Below are positions 1-9,588 of a stretch of 47,784 bases of DNA, piece after piece. Below the pieces are notes generated by a model, which was given only the letters and a program-made list of their open reading frames with translations, searched no databases and was not told where the DNA came from. Every line of letters starts with the position of its first letter. The first letter of the stretch is position 1. The position numbers and the translations under genes are program-made. This DNA is from Neomoorella mulderi (lineage in GTDB: Bacteria > Bacillota > DSM-521 > Neomoorellales > Neomoorellaceae), in contig DRZV01000093.1 in the NCBI GenBank assembly GCA_011375465.1, forward strand, positions 1-47,784, written 5' to 3'.

Positions 1-1
1 G

Positions 2-1006
2 GAGCCCCGTCTGGAGGTGCTCCTGATAGGTCCTGAGGTGGAGGGCCTGAAGGACTACCTCGGCGACGGGGTGAAGCACTATCCCACTGGTCCTGAGGAT
101 CGGGATATACACGAGGCTATGGAAAAGCTGTTGCAGGAGGGCACCATAGACGCGGCGGTGACCATGCACTATAACTTCCCCCTGGGTACCGCCACGGTGG
201 GGAGGGTGATCACGCCGGGATTGGGCCGGGAGATGTTCCTGGCCACCACCACCGGCACCATGGCCGCCGATAGGGTGGAGGCCATGGTGAAGGCAGCCAT
301 AGCGGGTATAGCCGCGGCTAAAGCCTGCGGCATCTCCAATCCCAGGGTAGGCATCCTCAACCTGGACGGGGCTCGGGCTTGCGAGCGGTCTCTCCAGCGT
401 TTGAAGGAGAGGGGATACAACATCACCTTTGCCGAATCCATCCGGAAAGACGGCGGCTTCATCATGCGGGGTAACGACCTCTTGGCTGGAGCGGCGGATG
501 TAATGGTTACCGACAGCTTAACGGGCAATGTGCTGATGAAGGTCTTCTCCGCCTACACCACGGGCGGGAATTATGAATCGCTGGGATACGGTTACGGTCC
601 GGGTCTAGGCGAGACCTACAACTACGTGGTATGCATAGTCTCCCGGGCCTCGGGAACCCCTGTGGTGGCCGGAGCTCTCCTTTATGCTGCCCAGGCTGCC
701 CGGGGCAAAGTGGTGGAGGTCTTTAAGAAGGAGATGCAGGCGGCTAAGGCTGCTGGTTTGGAGGAACTCTTTGTCAAAGAGGCGGCTCCCGAAGCAGCGG
801 CTGAAGTGACTCCACCCCCCGCCAAGGCGGTGGAGGAGGAGATACCGGGTATAGACGTCCTGGAACTGGAGAACGCGGTGAAGGCCCTGTGGGCTGCCGG
901 CATCTACGCCGAAAGCGGCATGGGCTGCACCGGCCCTGTGGCTCTGGTGGCCAGGGAAGACAAAGAGAGGGCCATAGAAATCTTGAAGGAAAAGGGCTAT
1001 CTCTAA
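2..1006 (+). CDS. PlsX/GrdD-like (phosphate acyltransferase fold) protein, 5' end outside window
   Basis: The frame is open from the window edge, with no stop upstream of the GTG at 17. Motifs VGILNLDG and DVMVTDSLTGNVLMK resemble PlsX and the PlsX-like glycine-reductase complex C alpha subunit. TAA stop at 1004-1006. Confidence 0.5.
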   Translation, partial: EPRLEVLLIGPEVEGLKDYLGDGVKHYPTGPEDRDIHEAMEKLLQEGTIDAAVTMHYNFPLGTATVGRVITPGLGREMFLATTTGTMAADRVEAMVKAAIAGIAAAKACGISNPRVGILNLDGARACERSLQRLKERGYNITFAESIRKDGGFIMRGNDLLAGAADVMVTDSLTGNVLMKVFSAYTTGGNYESLGYGYGPGLGETYNYVVCIVSRASGTPVVAGALLYAAQAARGKVVEVFKKEMQAAKAAGLEELFVKEAAPEAAAEVTPPPAKAVEEEIPGIDVLELENAVKALWAAGIYAESGMGCTGPVALVAREDKERAIEILKEKGYL

Positions 1007-1026
1007 AAGCCCTCCAGGAAGAGGCA

Positions 1027-1055
1027 AGGCCCGCCCCTAGAAGAGAGGCGGGCCT
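1027..1055. terminator. GC-rich inverted repeat between convergent genes
   Basis: 9-bp arms aggcccgcc / ggcgggcct with an 11-nt loop. The T-tract is weak. It overlaps the restored 3' end of the DUF523 pseudogene. Confidence 0.3.
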
Positions 1056-1509
1056 TTCTGATGCCTCTGTAGAAACTCCTGTTCGCTGATGACCCTAAAG
1101 CCGTGTCTTATGAGCAGGGCCGCCGTCACCCCGGTCCTGGCCGGAGGGTGTTGGTGAAGGTCCCGTCATATATATACCTGCAACCACAGGAGGGGCTTTT
1201 TTCCTTCAATATGGCCAGATGGGCTTTATGTTCCTGCGCCTGGCGAAGCGTTTCCCTGGCCCCTCTTAAAAAGGCAGAAGTCACATCTTGCCCTTCAATG
1301 TTTATAACCCTGGCCCGGCCTTCCAGCACATCATATCCGTTACCTCCCACGATTTCTGCCGGAGGCCTGGGCACAGGCAATTCCCCCAGAACTTCTGGGC
1401 AGAGGGGCAATAGGGGAAAGGAAAGCGATTCTTTGAGAAAGGGACATAAATTGTCCCCCCCATTGTACTTGCACTTTTCTCCCAAAAGACAAGCGCTGAC
1501 TATTATCAT
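1037..1509 (-). pseudogene. DUF523 (YbbK-like) protein, frameshifted
   Basis: The 127-aa ORF (MIIVSACLLGEKCKYNGG...SPSCG...YDGTF) stops at TGA 1126-1128. One extra G in the G4 run (plus-strand C4 at 1129-1132) continues it as GVTAALLIRHGFRVISEQEF..., the usual DUF523 C-terminus, ending at TAG 1037-1039. The span is 473 nt (3n+2). Confidence 0.65.
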
Positions 1510-1545
1510 TTCTTCACCTTATAAAAGTCACCCACAGGAGGAAGG

Positions 1546-2061
1546 ATGCATAAAAAGAAAGAAGTCATCATCTATACCGATGGGGCCTGTTCCGGCAATC
1601 CCGGTCCAGGGGGGTGGGCTGCCTTCATCATAACCGATGATCAGGAAAAGGTTATTTTTGGGACCCATTCCTGGACCACCAATCAGCGGATGGAATTGAC
1701 CGCCGCTGTCGAGGCCCTGAAATCCCTCAAAGAACCTTCCCGGGTGCGCCTTTACAGCGATAGCGCTTATCTTATCAACGCTTTCAACCAGGGGTGGTTG
1801 GATAAATGGGAGAAAAACAATTGGCGCACCAGCCGGGGGGAAGCAGTGGAACATCAAGATCTATGGCGGGAACTGCTAAGGCTTTCCCGTCTTCACCAGG
1901 TAGAGTGGATTAAAGTGAAAGGGCACGGAGAAGACGCCTACAACAGACGGTGTGATCATCTGGCCCGGAAAGCCATCCGCCTGTTAAAAGCTCTGGATCC
2001 CTACGAAAACAGTATATCCCAAGGAGGCAAGCTTGACAATGGTCCTGATAGTGGGAATTAA
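1546..2061 (+). CDS. rnhA: Ribonuclease HI
   Basis: IIYTDGACSGNPGPGGWA, TNQRMEL, YSDSAYL and KVKGHG..YN..CD motifs. RBS aggaggaagg lies just upstream of the ATG. Confidence 0.9.
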   Translation: MHKKKEVIIYTDGACSGNPGPGGWAAFIITDDQEKVIFGTHSWTTNQRMELTAAVEALKSLKEPSRVRLYSDSAYLINAFNQGWLDKWEKNNWRTSRGEAVEHQDLWRELLRLSRLHQVEWIKVKGHGEDAYNRRCDHLARKAIRLLKALDPYENSISQGGKLDNGPDSGN

Positions 2062-2647
2062 TGGCAGCTCCCGGCCTAAGGGCAGCACCGCTTTTTTGCT
2101 CCAACAAGCTTTGGGGGCGGCCAGAGAGGCAGGGGCCCAGGTGGAGATGATCCATGTGATGGAAGCCCTGGAAGACCAGAAAACCCCCTATTGCATTCAG
2201 TGCAGCACGCCTTGTTCCGGGGCCTGCTCCTTGAATAACAATCTGGGGAAGGCCTATGACTTCCTGCGGCGGGCGGATGGCTTGATCCTGGCCAGCCCTG
2301 TATGTTTTGGCACCGTCTCAGCCCAGTTGAAGGCCTTTTGGGATAAAAGCCGCATCCTGAGGAAGGAAAAGGCCCTTTACAACATGGTGGGGGCAGGCAT
2401 GGCAGTGGGGGCCAGCCGGTTTGGAGGCCAAGAGACCACCCTCAAAGCCCTCTTTGATATGATGCTGGTGCAGGGCACGATGATAGTGGGCGACGGCTTT
2501 ATAGAAGCTGATTGCGGGCACCACGGCGCCTGTGCTCAAGCCCCAGCAGAGGAAGACGCCTTCGCCCTTCAGAGAGCCCGCCTTTTGGGCCAAAGGGTTT
2601 GGGAGGTGGCCATGGCCATCCGGATCCTGCGCCGACACCGCCTTTAG
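2039..2647 (+). CDS. NADPH-dependent FMN reductase-like (iron-sulfur) flavoprotein
   Basis: N-terminus MVLIVGINGSSRPKGST is typical of the FMN_red family, and there is a Cys-rich insert CIQCSTPCSGAC. The ATG at 2039 is preceded by aaggagg at 2021-2027. The gene overlaps the rnhA end. TAG stop at 2645-2647. Confidence 0.65.
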   Translation: MVLIVGINGSSRPKGSTAFLLQQALGAAREAGAQVEMIHVMEALEDQKTPYCIQCSTPCSGACSLNNNLGKAYDFLRRADGLILASPVCFGTVSAQLKAFWDKSRILRKEKALYNMVGAGMAVGASRFGGQETTLKALFDMMLVQGTMIVGDGFIEADCGHHGACAQAPAEEDAFALQRARLLGQRVWEVAMAIRILRRHRL

Positions 2648-2656
2648 GAGGTCAAG

Positions 2657-3649
2657 ATGTTCTTAAGGCGCGATATGGAAAAACTGGAAGAGAAGATTTT
2701 GAGCCCCAGGGCCGCCCTCAGCAGCCGTACCCGGGGCAGGCTCAGACCGGAAGATCCCTGTCCTGTCCGCACGGAATTTCAGAGGGACAGGGATCGCATC
2801 ATCCATTCCAAGGCTTTTAGAAGGCTAAAACACAAAACCCAGGTTTTCGTAGCTCCTGAAGGGGATCACTACCGGACCCGCCTCACCCACACCCTGGAGG
2901 TGTCCCAGATCAGCAGGACCATAGCTCGTGCCTTGCGATTAAATGAAGACTTGACCGAGGCCATAGCCTTAGGGCACGACCTGGGCCATACCCCCTTTGG
3001 CCATTCGGGGGAAGAGGCTTTAAACGAGGTGACGCCCCACGGGTTTAAACACAACGAGCAGAGCCTCAGGGTGGTGGATCTCCTGGAGGGGGGAAGAGGG
3101 TTGAACCTCACCTGGGAAGTCAGGGACGGGATCTTGAACCACACCGGCCCTCACCTTCCCCAGACCCTGGAAGGCCAAATAGTACGCTATGCCGATCGCA
3201 TAGCCTACATCAATCATGACATAGACGATGCCTTGAGGGCAGGTATTCTAAAGCTGGAAGACCTCCCCCAAGATTGTCTGCGGGTTTTGGGCTTTACCCA
3301 CAGGGAACGGATAAACACCATGGTCCTGGATATGATAAAGTCCAGCTGGGATAAAGACCACATTGCCATGAGCCCCGAGGTACAGGAGGCCGCGGATAGA
3401 TTGAGGGAGTTTCTCTTTCAGAGGGTATACCTGGATTCCCCGGCCAAAGCCGAAGAGGGCAAGGCCAAGAACATGTTAAAGCAGCTCTACTACTATTACC
3501 TGGAACATCCCCAGCTGCTGCCTCCAGAGCTGGCCCCCAATGATCCCTTGCCCAGGAGAGTGTGCGATTATATAGCCGGTATGACTGACCGCTTTGCCCT
3601 GAACCAGTATATCAAGTTATTTGTGCCCACCGGCTATCCCTGCGAGTAA
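2657..3649 (+). CDS. dgt: dGTP triphosphohydrolase-like HD-domain protein
   Basis: [32 protein letters not shown] and [11 protein letters not shown] motifs. Confidence 0.85.
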   Translation: MFLRRDMEKLEEKILSPRAALSSRTRGRLRPEDPCPVRTEFQRDRDRIIHSKAFRRLKHKTQVFVAPEGDHYRTRLTHTLEVSQISRTIARALRLNEDLTEAIALGHDLGHTPFGHSGEEALNEVTPHGFKHNEQSLRVVDLLEGGRGLNLTWEVRDGILNHTGPHLPQTLEGQIVRYADRIAYINHDIDDALRAGILKLEDLPQDCLRVLGFTHRERINTMVLDMIKSSWDKDHIAMSPEVQEAADRLREFLFQRVYLDSPAKAEEGKAKNMLKQLYYYYLEHPQLLPPELAPNDPLPRRVCDYIAGMTDRFALNQYIKLFVPTGYPCE

Positions 3650-3656
3650 ACCATAA

Positions 3657-3716
3657 AGGAGGGGCATCTCTTCGCTCGTCAGGCTATCCGCACGGTGACG
3701 GCAGGATGCCCCTCCT
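3657..3716. other. Long perfect hairpin between convergent genes (possible terminator or structured element)
   Basis: 12-bp perfect arms aggaggggcatc (3657-3668) and gatgcccctcct (3705-3716). The 36-nt loop contains an inner cgtca/tgacg stem. There is no clear T-tract on either strand. Confidence 0.35.
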
Positions 3717-3749
3717 CTCCGTGAGTATTATGCCCCAAGGGGGCTGAGA

Positions 3750-3893
3750 TTATACCTTGTTCTGGTTCTTCTGTTGATGCACCGGGTTGCTTATAAAAGG
3801 CTCTAAAAGGCCCTTTATCACCCCTTGATACAGGGCCAGGAGAATGCTACCGCCTATCAAGGCGATAAGGAACAGGGCTATGCCTTTAGTCAT
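3750..3893 (-). CDS. Hypothetical 47-aa membrane peptide (below ORF-track cutoff)
   Basis: My translation is MTKGIALFLIALIGGSILLALYQGVIKGLLEPFISNPVHQQKNQNKV. RBS gggagg lies 6 nt upstream of the ATG at 3893. It has one hydrophobic helix followed by a polar tail. Confidence 0.35.
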   Translation of the reverse strand: MTKGIALFLIALIGGSILLALYQGVIKGLLEPFISNPVHQQKNQNKV

Positions 3894-4081
3894 GGTGGCC
3901 TCCCGTGATCCTTTTATAGAAAGCTTGCTCCTCCCTTGAAATTTTATTCACCAAACTCTAAGGTATAATATGGTAAGGGGTAACAAATAATAGAGAAAAG
4001 GTAAAAATCAAAACCAGGAAGAGGATATTTGTCTTTAATGGCGAATTGTATAAATCGATCAGGGCTATAGGGGGAAGGACC

Positions 4082-5878
4082 GTGGGGATTTCCCTTTCTC
4101 CTGAAACGCTGGAAGAGATAAAGCTGAGGGCCGATATAGTGGACGTCATAGGCCGCTACGTACATCTAAAGAAGAGAGGCCGCAACTACGTAGCCCTCTG
4201 TCCCTTTCATCAGGAGAGGACCCCTTCCTTTACCGTGAGCCCGGAAAAACAGATGTTCTATTGCTTCGGCTGCGGCATAGGGGGCGATGTCTTCACCTTC
4301 CTCATGAAGTATGAGGGCTTGGATTTTGCGGAGGCGGCAGCCAAGCTGGCAGAGCTCACCGGGGTGGATTTAAAAAATCCGCCTTCTTCCCCGGCAGCCA
4401 GAAAAATCAAAGAGCGCCTATATGAATTGGGGGCCCTGGCGGCTGGCTTCTATTACCATATATTAAAATCTCAACCTGAGGGGAGGGCAGCCCGGGAATA
4501 CCTGGAGAAGAGAGGGGTCAAGGAAGAAGCCGTCCAAGCCTTCCAGCTGGGTTTTTCTCCCCCTGAAGGGAAGGCCCTGGTGCACCACCTCAGGGAAAAG
4601 GGGTTTTCCTATGGCGAGATGGAACAGGCAGGCCTCGTATCCTTATCCGGAAAGGAACCCCAGGACCGTTTCCGGGGCCGCATAATGTTTCCCATAAAGG
4701 ATGCCCAGGGCAGGGTGGTGGGTTTCGGGGGGCGCCTCCTGGGGGAGGGACAGCCCAAATATCTGAACTCACCAGAAGGCCCGCTTTTCCAAAAAGGCCG
4801 CCTGCTATACGGCCTTCACCTGGCCCTCCCTGAGATAAGGAAAAGGGAGCAGGTGGTGCTGGTGGAGGGCTATATGGACGTCATCGCCTGCTGGCAGCAA
4901 GGCATAAAGAACGCGGTGGCTTCCCTGGGAACCTCCCTCACCGATGACCAGGCCAGGGAAATGAAAAAACTTGCCCGAGAAGTGATAATAGCCTATGATA
5001 ATGATCTGGCTGGTCAAGCCGCCACCCTGAGAGGCCTGGAGCTGTTGTACCGCAGGGGTCTCCAGGTGAGGGTTTTGGAGCTGCCCCCGGGAACTGACCC
5101 TGACGATTTTTTAAAAAGTCAGGGGCCGGGAGCCTTTCAACTCCTGCTGCAGGAGAGCCTGCCCCTGATGGAGTTCTGCTTAAAAAGGCTCCTTTCCCAA
5201 CACGATCCTTCCCATCCCTTGGGGAAAAAGGCTATTGTGGAGGAACTCCTGCCCCACCTTGAGGCCATAAAGGATCCGGTGGAACAGGAGGCCTACGTCA
5301 GGCTTGTGAGCCGTCGGGTGGGCGTTTCGGAAAATGCCATCTACAGGGCCATGGCTTCAATGGAAACCCGGAGGGTGCACAGGACCCCGATCTCTCCTCC
5401 TAGAAAACCAGAAGAGGGCAAAAGGCAAGCCGGCAGCCTGGAAATGTTCTTGCTGAAGGCTTATATAGAAAGCCCGGTTCTGGCAGACGTTATAGACCAG
5501 AAATTAGGAGAAAAATGGGCAGAAGGTGTGGCAGAAGGGCTGATACCCTTTATAAGAGAGATAAGGAGAGAAAATCCGGAAATGGCAGGGGAGGGTTTGC
5601 TCGATTTGCTGAAGCACAGGGGAGAGAAGGAGGAATGGAAAGGGATTTTGGCTGCGATGGCTGTGGAAAGGGACAAGGGACCTCTGAAGGAGGAGATGGT
5701 GGAGAAGGCTATAAACCTCTTTAAAATAAAGGAGCTCCAGAAAAGGGAGAGGGAGGTCCGCAGGAGCTTAAGCCGTATGGCGGAAATCGGTCCCCCCAGC
5801 CTGGTGGAAGCGTTACAGAAGGAGATTTTCCAGCTTCAAGTTACCATCAATAAGCTGAAATGCGGAAAGGGGGGATAA
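4082..5878 (+). CDS. dnaG: DNA primase
   Basis: Zinc-finger region CPFHQERTPSFTVSPEKQMFYCFGCGIGGDVF and TOPRIM region VVLVEGYMDV...IIAYDNDLAG. I prefer the GTG at 4082 (RBS gggggaagg) over the TTG at 4046 used by the ORF track. Confidence 0.92.
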   Translation: MGISLSPETLEEIKLRADIVDVIGRYVHLKKRGRNYVALCPFHQERTPSFTVSPEKQMFYCFGCGIGGDVFTFLMKYEGLDFAEAAAKLAELTGVDLKNPPSSPAARKIKERLYELGALAAGFYYHILKSQPEGRAAREYLEKRGVKEEAVQAFQLGFSPPEGKALVHHLREKGFSYGEMEQAGLVSLSGKEPQDRFRGRIMFPIKDAQGRVVGFGGRLLGEGQPKYLNSPEGPLFQKGRLLYGLHLALPEIRKREQVVLVEGYMDVIACWQQGIKNAVASLGTSLTDDQAREMKKLAREVIIAYDNDLAGQAATLRGLELLYRRGLQVRVLELPPGTDPDDFLKSQGPGAFQLLLQESLPLMEFCLKRLLSQHDPSHPLGKKAIVEELLPHLEAIKDPVEQEAYVRLVSRRVGVSENAIYRAMASMETRRVHRTPISPPRKPEEGKRQAGSLEMFLLKAYIESPVLADVIDQKLGEKWAEGVAEGLIPFIREIRRENPEMAGEGLLDLLKHRGEKEEWKGILAAMAVERDKGPLKEEMVEKAINLFKIKELQKREREVRRSLSRMAEIGPPSLVEALQKEIFQLQVTINKLKCGKGG

Positions 5879-5881
5879 AGG

Positions 5882-6958
5882 GTGAAAGAGGGCCTACGTG
5901 AAGCCATGAGGGAGCTCATAGCTAGAGGTAAACAGCAGGGCTCCTTGACCTATGGGGAGATAATGGACTCTTTAGAGGATTTCGAGCTCACCCCTGAAGA
6001 GATAGAAGGTATATACGAAGAATTGGAAAGCCATGGGATTAAGGTGGTCCCCGACACCGGGGGTTTAGAGGAAAAGGGGATGCCCGGAGAGGCCGGGGCA
6101 GAGCGGGAAGAATTATTGCCGGAATATTTAGCCCTCGATGATCCCGTGAGAATGTACCTTAAGGAAATAGGACGGGTACCCTTCCTCACCCCAGAGGAAG
6201 AGATAGAACTGGCCAAGAGAAGGGAAAAGGGGGATGAGGAGGCCAAACGCCGCCTTATAGAGGCCAACCTGCGGCTGGTGGTGAGTATTGCCAAGAGATA
6301 TGTGGGCAGGGGGCTCCTTTTTTTGGACCTCATCCAAGAGGGCAACCTGGGCTTGATCAAGGCTGTGGAAAAATTTGACTGGAGGAAGGGCTATAAGTTC
6401 AGCACTTATGCCACCTGGTGGATAAGACAGGCCATAACCAGGGCCATCGCCGATCAGGCCCGCACCATAAGGATACCTGTCCACATGGTGGAGACCATAA
6501 ACAAGCTCATAAAGATTCAGAGGCAGTTGGTGCAAGAACTGGGCAGGGAACCCACCCCGGAGGAGATAGCCGAGGCCATGGAAGTGCCGGTGGAGAGGGT
6601 GAGGGAGATCATGAAGATCGCCCAGGAGCCCATATCCCTGGAAACCCCCATAGGTGAAGAAGAGGACAGCCATTTGGGCGATTTTATCGAGGACGAGGAG
6701 GCCCAGGCTCCGGCAGAGGCTGCTTCCCAGGCCCTTTTGAGGGAACAGCTGGAGGAAGTCCTGGAGACCTTGACCCCCAGAGAGCGGCGGGTCCTGCGTT
6801 TGCGCTTCGGCTTGGAGGACGGCAGGGCTCGAACCCTGGAAGAGGTGGGCCAGGAGTTCGGGGTCACCCGGGAGAGGATAAGGCAGATAGAGGCCAAGGC
6901 CCTGCGTAAACTCCGCCATCCCAGCCGGAGCAAGAAATTAAAGGATTATCTAGAATAA
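5882..6958 (+). CDS. sigA: Primary RNA polymerase sigma factor (sigma-70/SigA)
   Basis: [32 protein letters not shown], and the region 4 sequence [20 protein letters not shown]. It lies directly downstream of dnaG, as in Firmicutes. Confidence 0.95.
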   Translation: MKEGLREAMRELIARGKQQGSLTYGEIMDSLEDFELTPEEIEGIYEELESHGIKVVPDTGGLEEKGMPGEAGAEREELLPEYLALDDPVRMYLKEIGRVPFLTPEEEIELAKRREKGDEEAKRRLIEANLRLVVSIAKRYVGRGLLFLDLIQEGNLGLIKAVEKFDWRKGYKFSTYATWWIRQAITRAIADQARTIRIPVHMVETINKLIKIQRQLVQELGREPTPEEIAEAMEVPVERVREIMKIAQEPISLETPIGEEEDSHLGDFIEDEEAQAPAEAASQALLREQLEEVLETLTPRERRVLRLRFGLEDGRARTLEEVGQEFGVTRERIRQIEAKALRKLRHPSRSKKLKDYLE

Positions 6959-7044
6959 AATTCCAAAAATCCAGCCGGAGGCGCTGTGGGGAATCCGGCC
7001 TTGGCCTGGGGAGGTATCCTGCTCATTTTTCAGCCCCTTTGGTC

Positions 7045-7073
7045 TTGACCTAAAGGGCAACAGCGTATATAAT
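7045..7073 (+). promoter_or_regulatory. Sigma-A-type promoter for the tRNA pair
   Basis: TTGACC (7045-7050), a 17-nt spacer, and TATAAT (7068-7073), about 17 nt upstream of tRNA-Asn. Confidence 0.5.
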
Positions 7074-7089
7074 TATATGTGTGAGGCCT

Positions 7090-7164
7090 TCCTCGGTAGC
7101 TCAATGGTAGAGCGCCCGGCTGTTAACCGGGTGGTTGCAGGTTCGAGTCCTGCCCGAGGAGCCA
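7090..7164 (+). tRNA. tRNA-Asn (GTT)
   Basis: Acceptor stem TCCTCGG/CCGAGGA, anticodon loop CTGTTAA, T-loop GGTTCGAGTCC, and an encoded CCA. Confidence 0.93.
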
Positions 7165-7168
7165 GTAC

Positions 7169-7243
7169 GGGCCCATAGCTCAACGGTAGAGCAGCGGACT
7201 CATAATCCGTTGGTTCCAGGTTCGAATCCTGGTGGGCCCACCA
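7169..7243 (+). tRNA. tRNA-Met (CAT), elongator type; a lysidine-modified tRNA-Ile2 cannot be excluded
   Basis: Acceptor stem GGGCCCA/TGGGCCC (positions 1-72 are paired, so this is not an initiator), anticodon loop CTCATAA, T-loop GGTTCGAATCC, and an encoded CCA. Confidence 0.85.
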
Positions 7244-7312
7244 AGATGGTAAGGCCAGTGGGAGTGGAAGAGACCTAGCCCGCTGGCCCCAATCTTTAAT
7301 GGGGGGAGCAAG

Positions 7313-8422
7313 GTGGTCAAGGTAAGGGAAGTTATGGCCCTGATGGAAGAGATGGCCCCCCTCCATCTGGCCCGGGAAGGGGATAACGTGGGTTTGATGC
7401 TGGGGTCCCCTGAAGGGGAGGTTAGGCGGATCCTGGTCTGCCTGGACGTGACCCCAGAAGTGGTGGAAGAAGCCATAGCCCGCCGGGCCGATCTCATCGT
7501 AAGCCATCATCCTTTTTTCTACAGACCTTTAACTCGCATCGATTTTCACGAGACCCAGGGCGATATGATACGCCGCTTGATTTTAGCCAACATCTCCGTA
7601 TATTCCGCCCATACCAATCTGGACAGCGCTTCCCAGGGGGTCAATCACTTTTTGGCTTTAAGATTGGGCCTCAAGGATTTAAAGGTTCTTGTGCCGGTGA
7701 AACAAGAGAAATACTTGAAGCTGGTCACCTTTGTGCCTGAAGGCCATGAAGGGGAGATCCTGGAGGCCCTGGCCCGGGCGGGCGCAGGCCACATCGGCAG
7801 TTATTCCCACTGCACCTTCAGGGTTCTGGGAAAAGGCACCTTCCTTCCCCTGGAGGGCACCAGCCCCTTCATCGGAACCCCTGGCAGCCTCACGGAAGTG
7901 AATGAATACAGGTTAGAAACCATCCTTCCTGTATCCCGGTTGGCCGCCGTTTTGAAGGCGCTTCAAGAAGCTCACCCCTATGAGGAGGTAGCCTACGACC
8001 TCTACCCTCTAGAAAACCAAGGGCCTGTATGGGGCATGGGAAGGCTGGGTTTCCTGGAACCTCCCTTGACCCTAAAAGATCTGGCCCTCCAGGTCAAGGA
8101 GCGCTTAGGGGTGACACAGGTAAGGGTAATAGGGGAAGGCAAGGGGATAGTCCGGAAGGTGGCTGTTTGCGGGGGATCAGGGGCCGCTTATATGGCCAAT
8201 GCCAAGGCGGCTGGAGCCGATGTGTTGATCACCGGAGACGTGAAATACCATGAAGCCCGTCAAGCTCTACACCTGGGGTTGGCGCTGATAGATGCGGGAC
8301 ATTTTGCCACCGAAAGGGTGGTGGTCCCTGCGCTGGCAGAATACCTGGGGGAAAGGCTCCATCAAAAGGGAGTGATGGTCCTGGTCTCCCAGCAGGAGGT
8401 GGAGCCCTGGTCGGTAGTTTAG
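7313..8422 (+). CDS. Nif3-like dinuclear metal centre protein (YqfO family)
   Basis: GDNVGLMLG, the ADLIVSHHP motif, SAHTNLD, and a C-terminal GDVKYHEA...DAGHFATE. This is the usual position downstream of dnaG-sigA in Firmicutes. Confidence 0.85.
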   Translation: MVKVREVMALMEEMAPLHLAREGDNVGLMLGSPEGEVRRILVCLDVTPEVVEEAIARRADLIVSHHPFFYRPLTRIDFHETQGDMIRRLILANISVYSAHTNLDSASQGVNHFLALRLGLKDLKVLVPVKQEKYLKLVTFVPEGHEGEILEALARAGAGHIGSYSHCTFRVLGKGTFLPLEGTSPFIGTPGSLTEVNEYRLETILPVSRLAAVLKALQEAHPYEEVAYDLYPLENQGPVWGMGRLGFLEPPLTLKDLALQVKERLGVTQVRVIGEGKGIVRKVAVCGGSGAAYMANAKAAGADVLITGDVKYHEARQALHLGLALIDAGHFATERVVVPALAEYLGERLHQKGVMVLVSQQEVEPWSVV

Positions 8423-8439
8423 TGGGAAGGGGGGAGGAG

Positions 8440-9141
8440 ATGGGGCTGGAAAAACTCTGGGAGCTACAGGAATTGCAGTTGGGCTTGGAGAGGATTCAGC
8501 AGGAATTGAAAAACCCTTCCCAGGGGAAGGAGTTGAAGAGGGAAAAGGAGCGCCTCGAGTCCTATTACACTCAGATCCAGGAAAAGAAGCGGAAGGGGGA
8601 AAGGCTTCAGGAGCAGCTGGCCCTCCACGAGAATACCTGTCGAAGTCTGGAGGTCAAAAAGAAAGATACAGAAGCTAAACTCTACAGCGGCCAGATAAAT
8701 AATCCCAGCGAACTCCAGAATCTAGAACAGCAGCTCACTCATTTAAATAAGGAGATAAGCGTCTATCAGGAAAAAATAAAGGAATTGAATATGGAGCTGC
8801 AGGAGGTTTTTGGGTGGGTAAAGGAGCACAGCCAGATATTTCAGGGACAGGTGGGCGAATATCAGGCCAGACTGGAAGAATACCGCCTTTGGAGGGAAGA
8901 GAGGGAAAGGGAGATCCAAGATTTAAAGCTCAGGATGGAAAAGTTAGAAAAAGAATTGGATGAGGACCTGTTGAGGCATTATCGCGAGTTGCAGTCCCGC
9001 CTGGGTTTGAGGGCTTTAGCCCGGGTGGAAAACGGCTGCTGCAGCGGCTGCCGCCTTATGGTTTCTATTATATTGATGCAAAAAATAAAGGCAGGAGAGC
9101 GGGTCCAGTGCGAAAACTGCGGGCGCCTTTTGATCCCTTGA
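8440..9141 (+). CDS. Coiled-coil protein with C4 zinc ribbon (COG1579/DUF164-like)
   Basis: Long heptad-rich E/K/L/Q region, then CSGC...CENCGR at the C-terminus. The ATG at 8440 follows RBS ggggggaggag. Confidence 0.75.
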   Translation: MGLEKLWELQELQLGLERIQQELKNPSQGKELKREKERLESYYTQIQEKKRKGERLQEQLALHENTCRSLEVKKKDTEAKLYSGQINNPSELQNLEQQLTHLNKEISVYQEKIKELNMELQEVFGWVKEHSQIFQGQVGEYQARLEEYRLWREEREREIQDLKLRMEKLEKELDEDLLRHYRELQSRLGLRALARVENGCCSGCRLMVSIILMQKIKAGERVQCENCGRLLIP

Positions 9142-9148
9142 CAGCATG

Positions 9149-9177
9149 TTGACAGGATTGAATAAAGCTGCTATAGT
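9149..9177 (+). promoter_or_regulatory. Sigma-A-type promoter for rnpB
   Basis: TTGACA (9149-9154), a 17-nt spacer, and TATAGT (9172-9177). A second TTGACA lies at 9138-9143. Confidence 0.55.
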
Positions 9178-9204
9178 TATTGTGGCCAAAGGTGAAGACT
9201 CTCC

Positions 9205-9578
9205 AGGGCCTTTGAGTAAACCGGATGGCCGCGGGTTGCCCTTCAAGGGCAGCCTGAGGAAAGTCCGAGCTCCACAGGGCAGGGTGCTGGATAACGTCCA
9301 GTGGGGGCGACCCCAAGGAAAGTGCCACAGAAACAGACCGCCTGGCGGTTTTTGAGGGCCGCCGGGTAAGGGTGGAAAGGTGAGGTAAGAGCTCACCAGC
9401 AGTTAGGCGACTAACTGGCTAGGCAAACCCCACCCGGAGCAAGACCGAATAGGGGGGCAGTCAAGGGGTGGCCCGCCCCGCCCCCGGGTAAGGTCGCTCG
9501 AGGTGCCAGGCAACTGGCATCCCAGATAGATGGCCATCCTCGACAGAACTCGGCTTACAGGTTTGCTCAGAGGCCCTT
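9205..9578 (+). ncRNA. rnpB: RNase P RNA, bacterial type A
   Basis: Universal P4 strands GAGGAAAGTCCGAGCTCC and ACAGAACTCGGCTTAC. GGTAAGGGTGGAAAGGTGAGGTAAGAGCTCACCAG is the type-A signature. P1 pairs agggcctttgagtaaacc (9205-9222) with ggtttgctcagaggccct (9560-9577), and P2 pairs ggatggcc with ggccatcc. The ends are approximate, within about 5 nt. Confidence 0.9.
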
Positions 9579-9588
9579 TATCTATTGT

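Noticed and set aside
3964-3969. TATAAT upstream of dnaG as a promoter
   Set aside because: There is no acceptable -35 hexamer at 16-18 nt spacing and no TG extension, so the evidence is too weak to annotate.
6128-6919. 263-aa and 138-aa minus-strand ORFs
   Set aside because: They are antisense to sigA and have no family resemblance. This is an antisense open frame of the kind expected in GC-rich DNA.
7073-7510. 145-aa and 105-aa minus-strand ORFs
   Set aside because: They run across tRNA-Asn and tRNA-Met and into the Nif3 gene, so they are not coding.
9016-9396. Three ORFs (126, 86 and 69 aa) in the region after the zinc-ribbon gene
   Set aside because: The region is the RNase P RNA gene. 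The ORFs are accidental.
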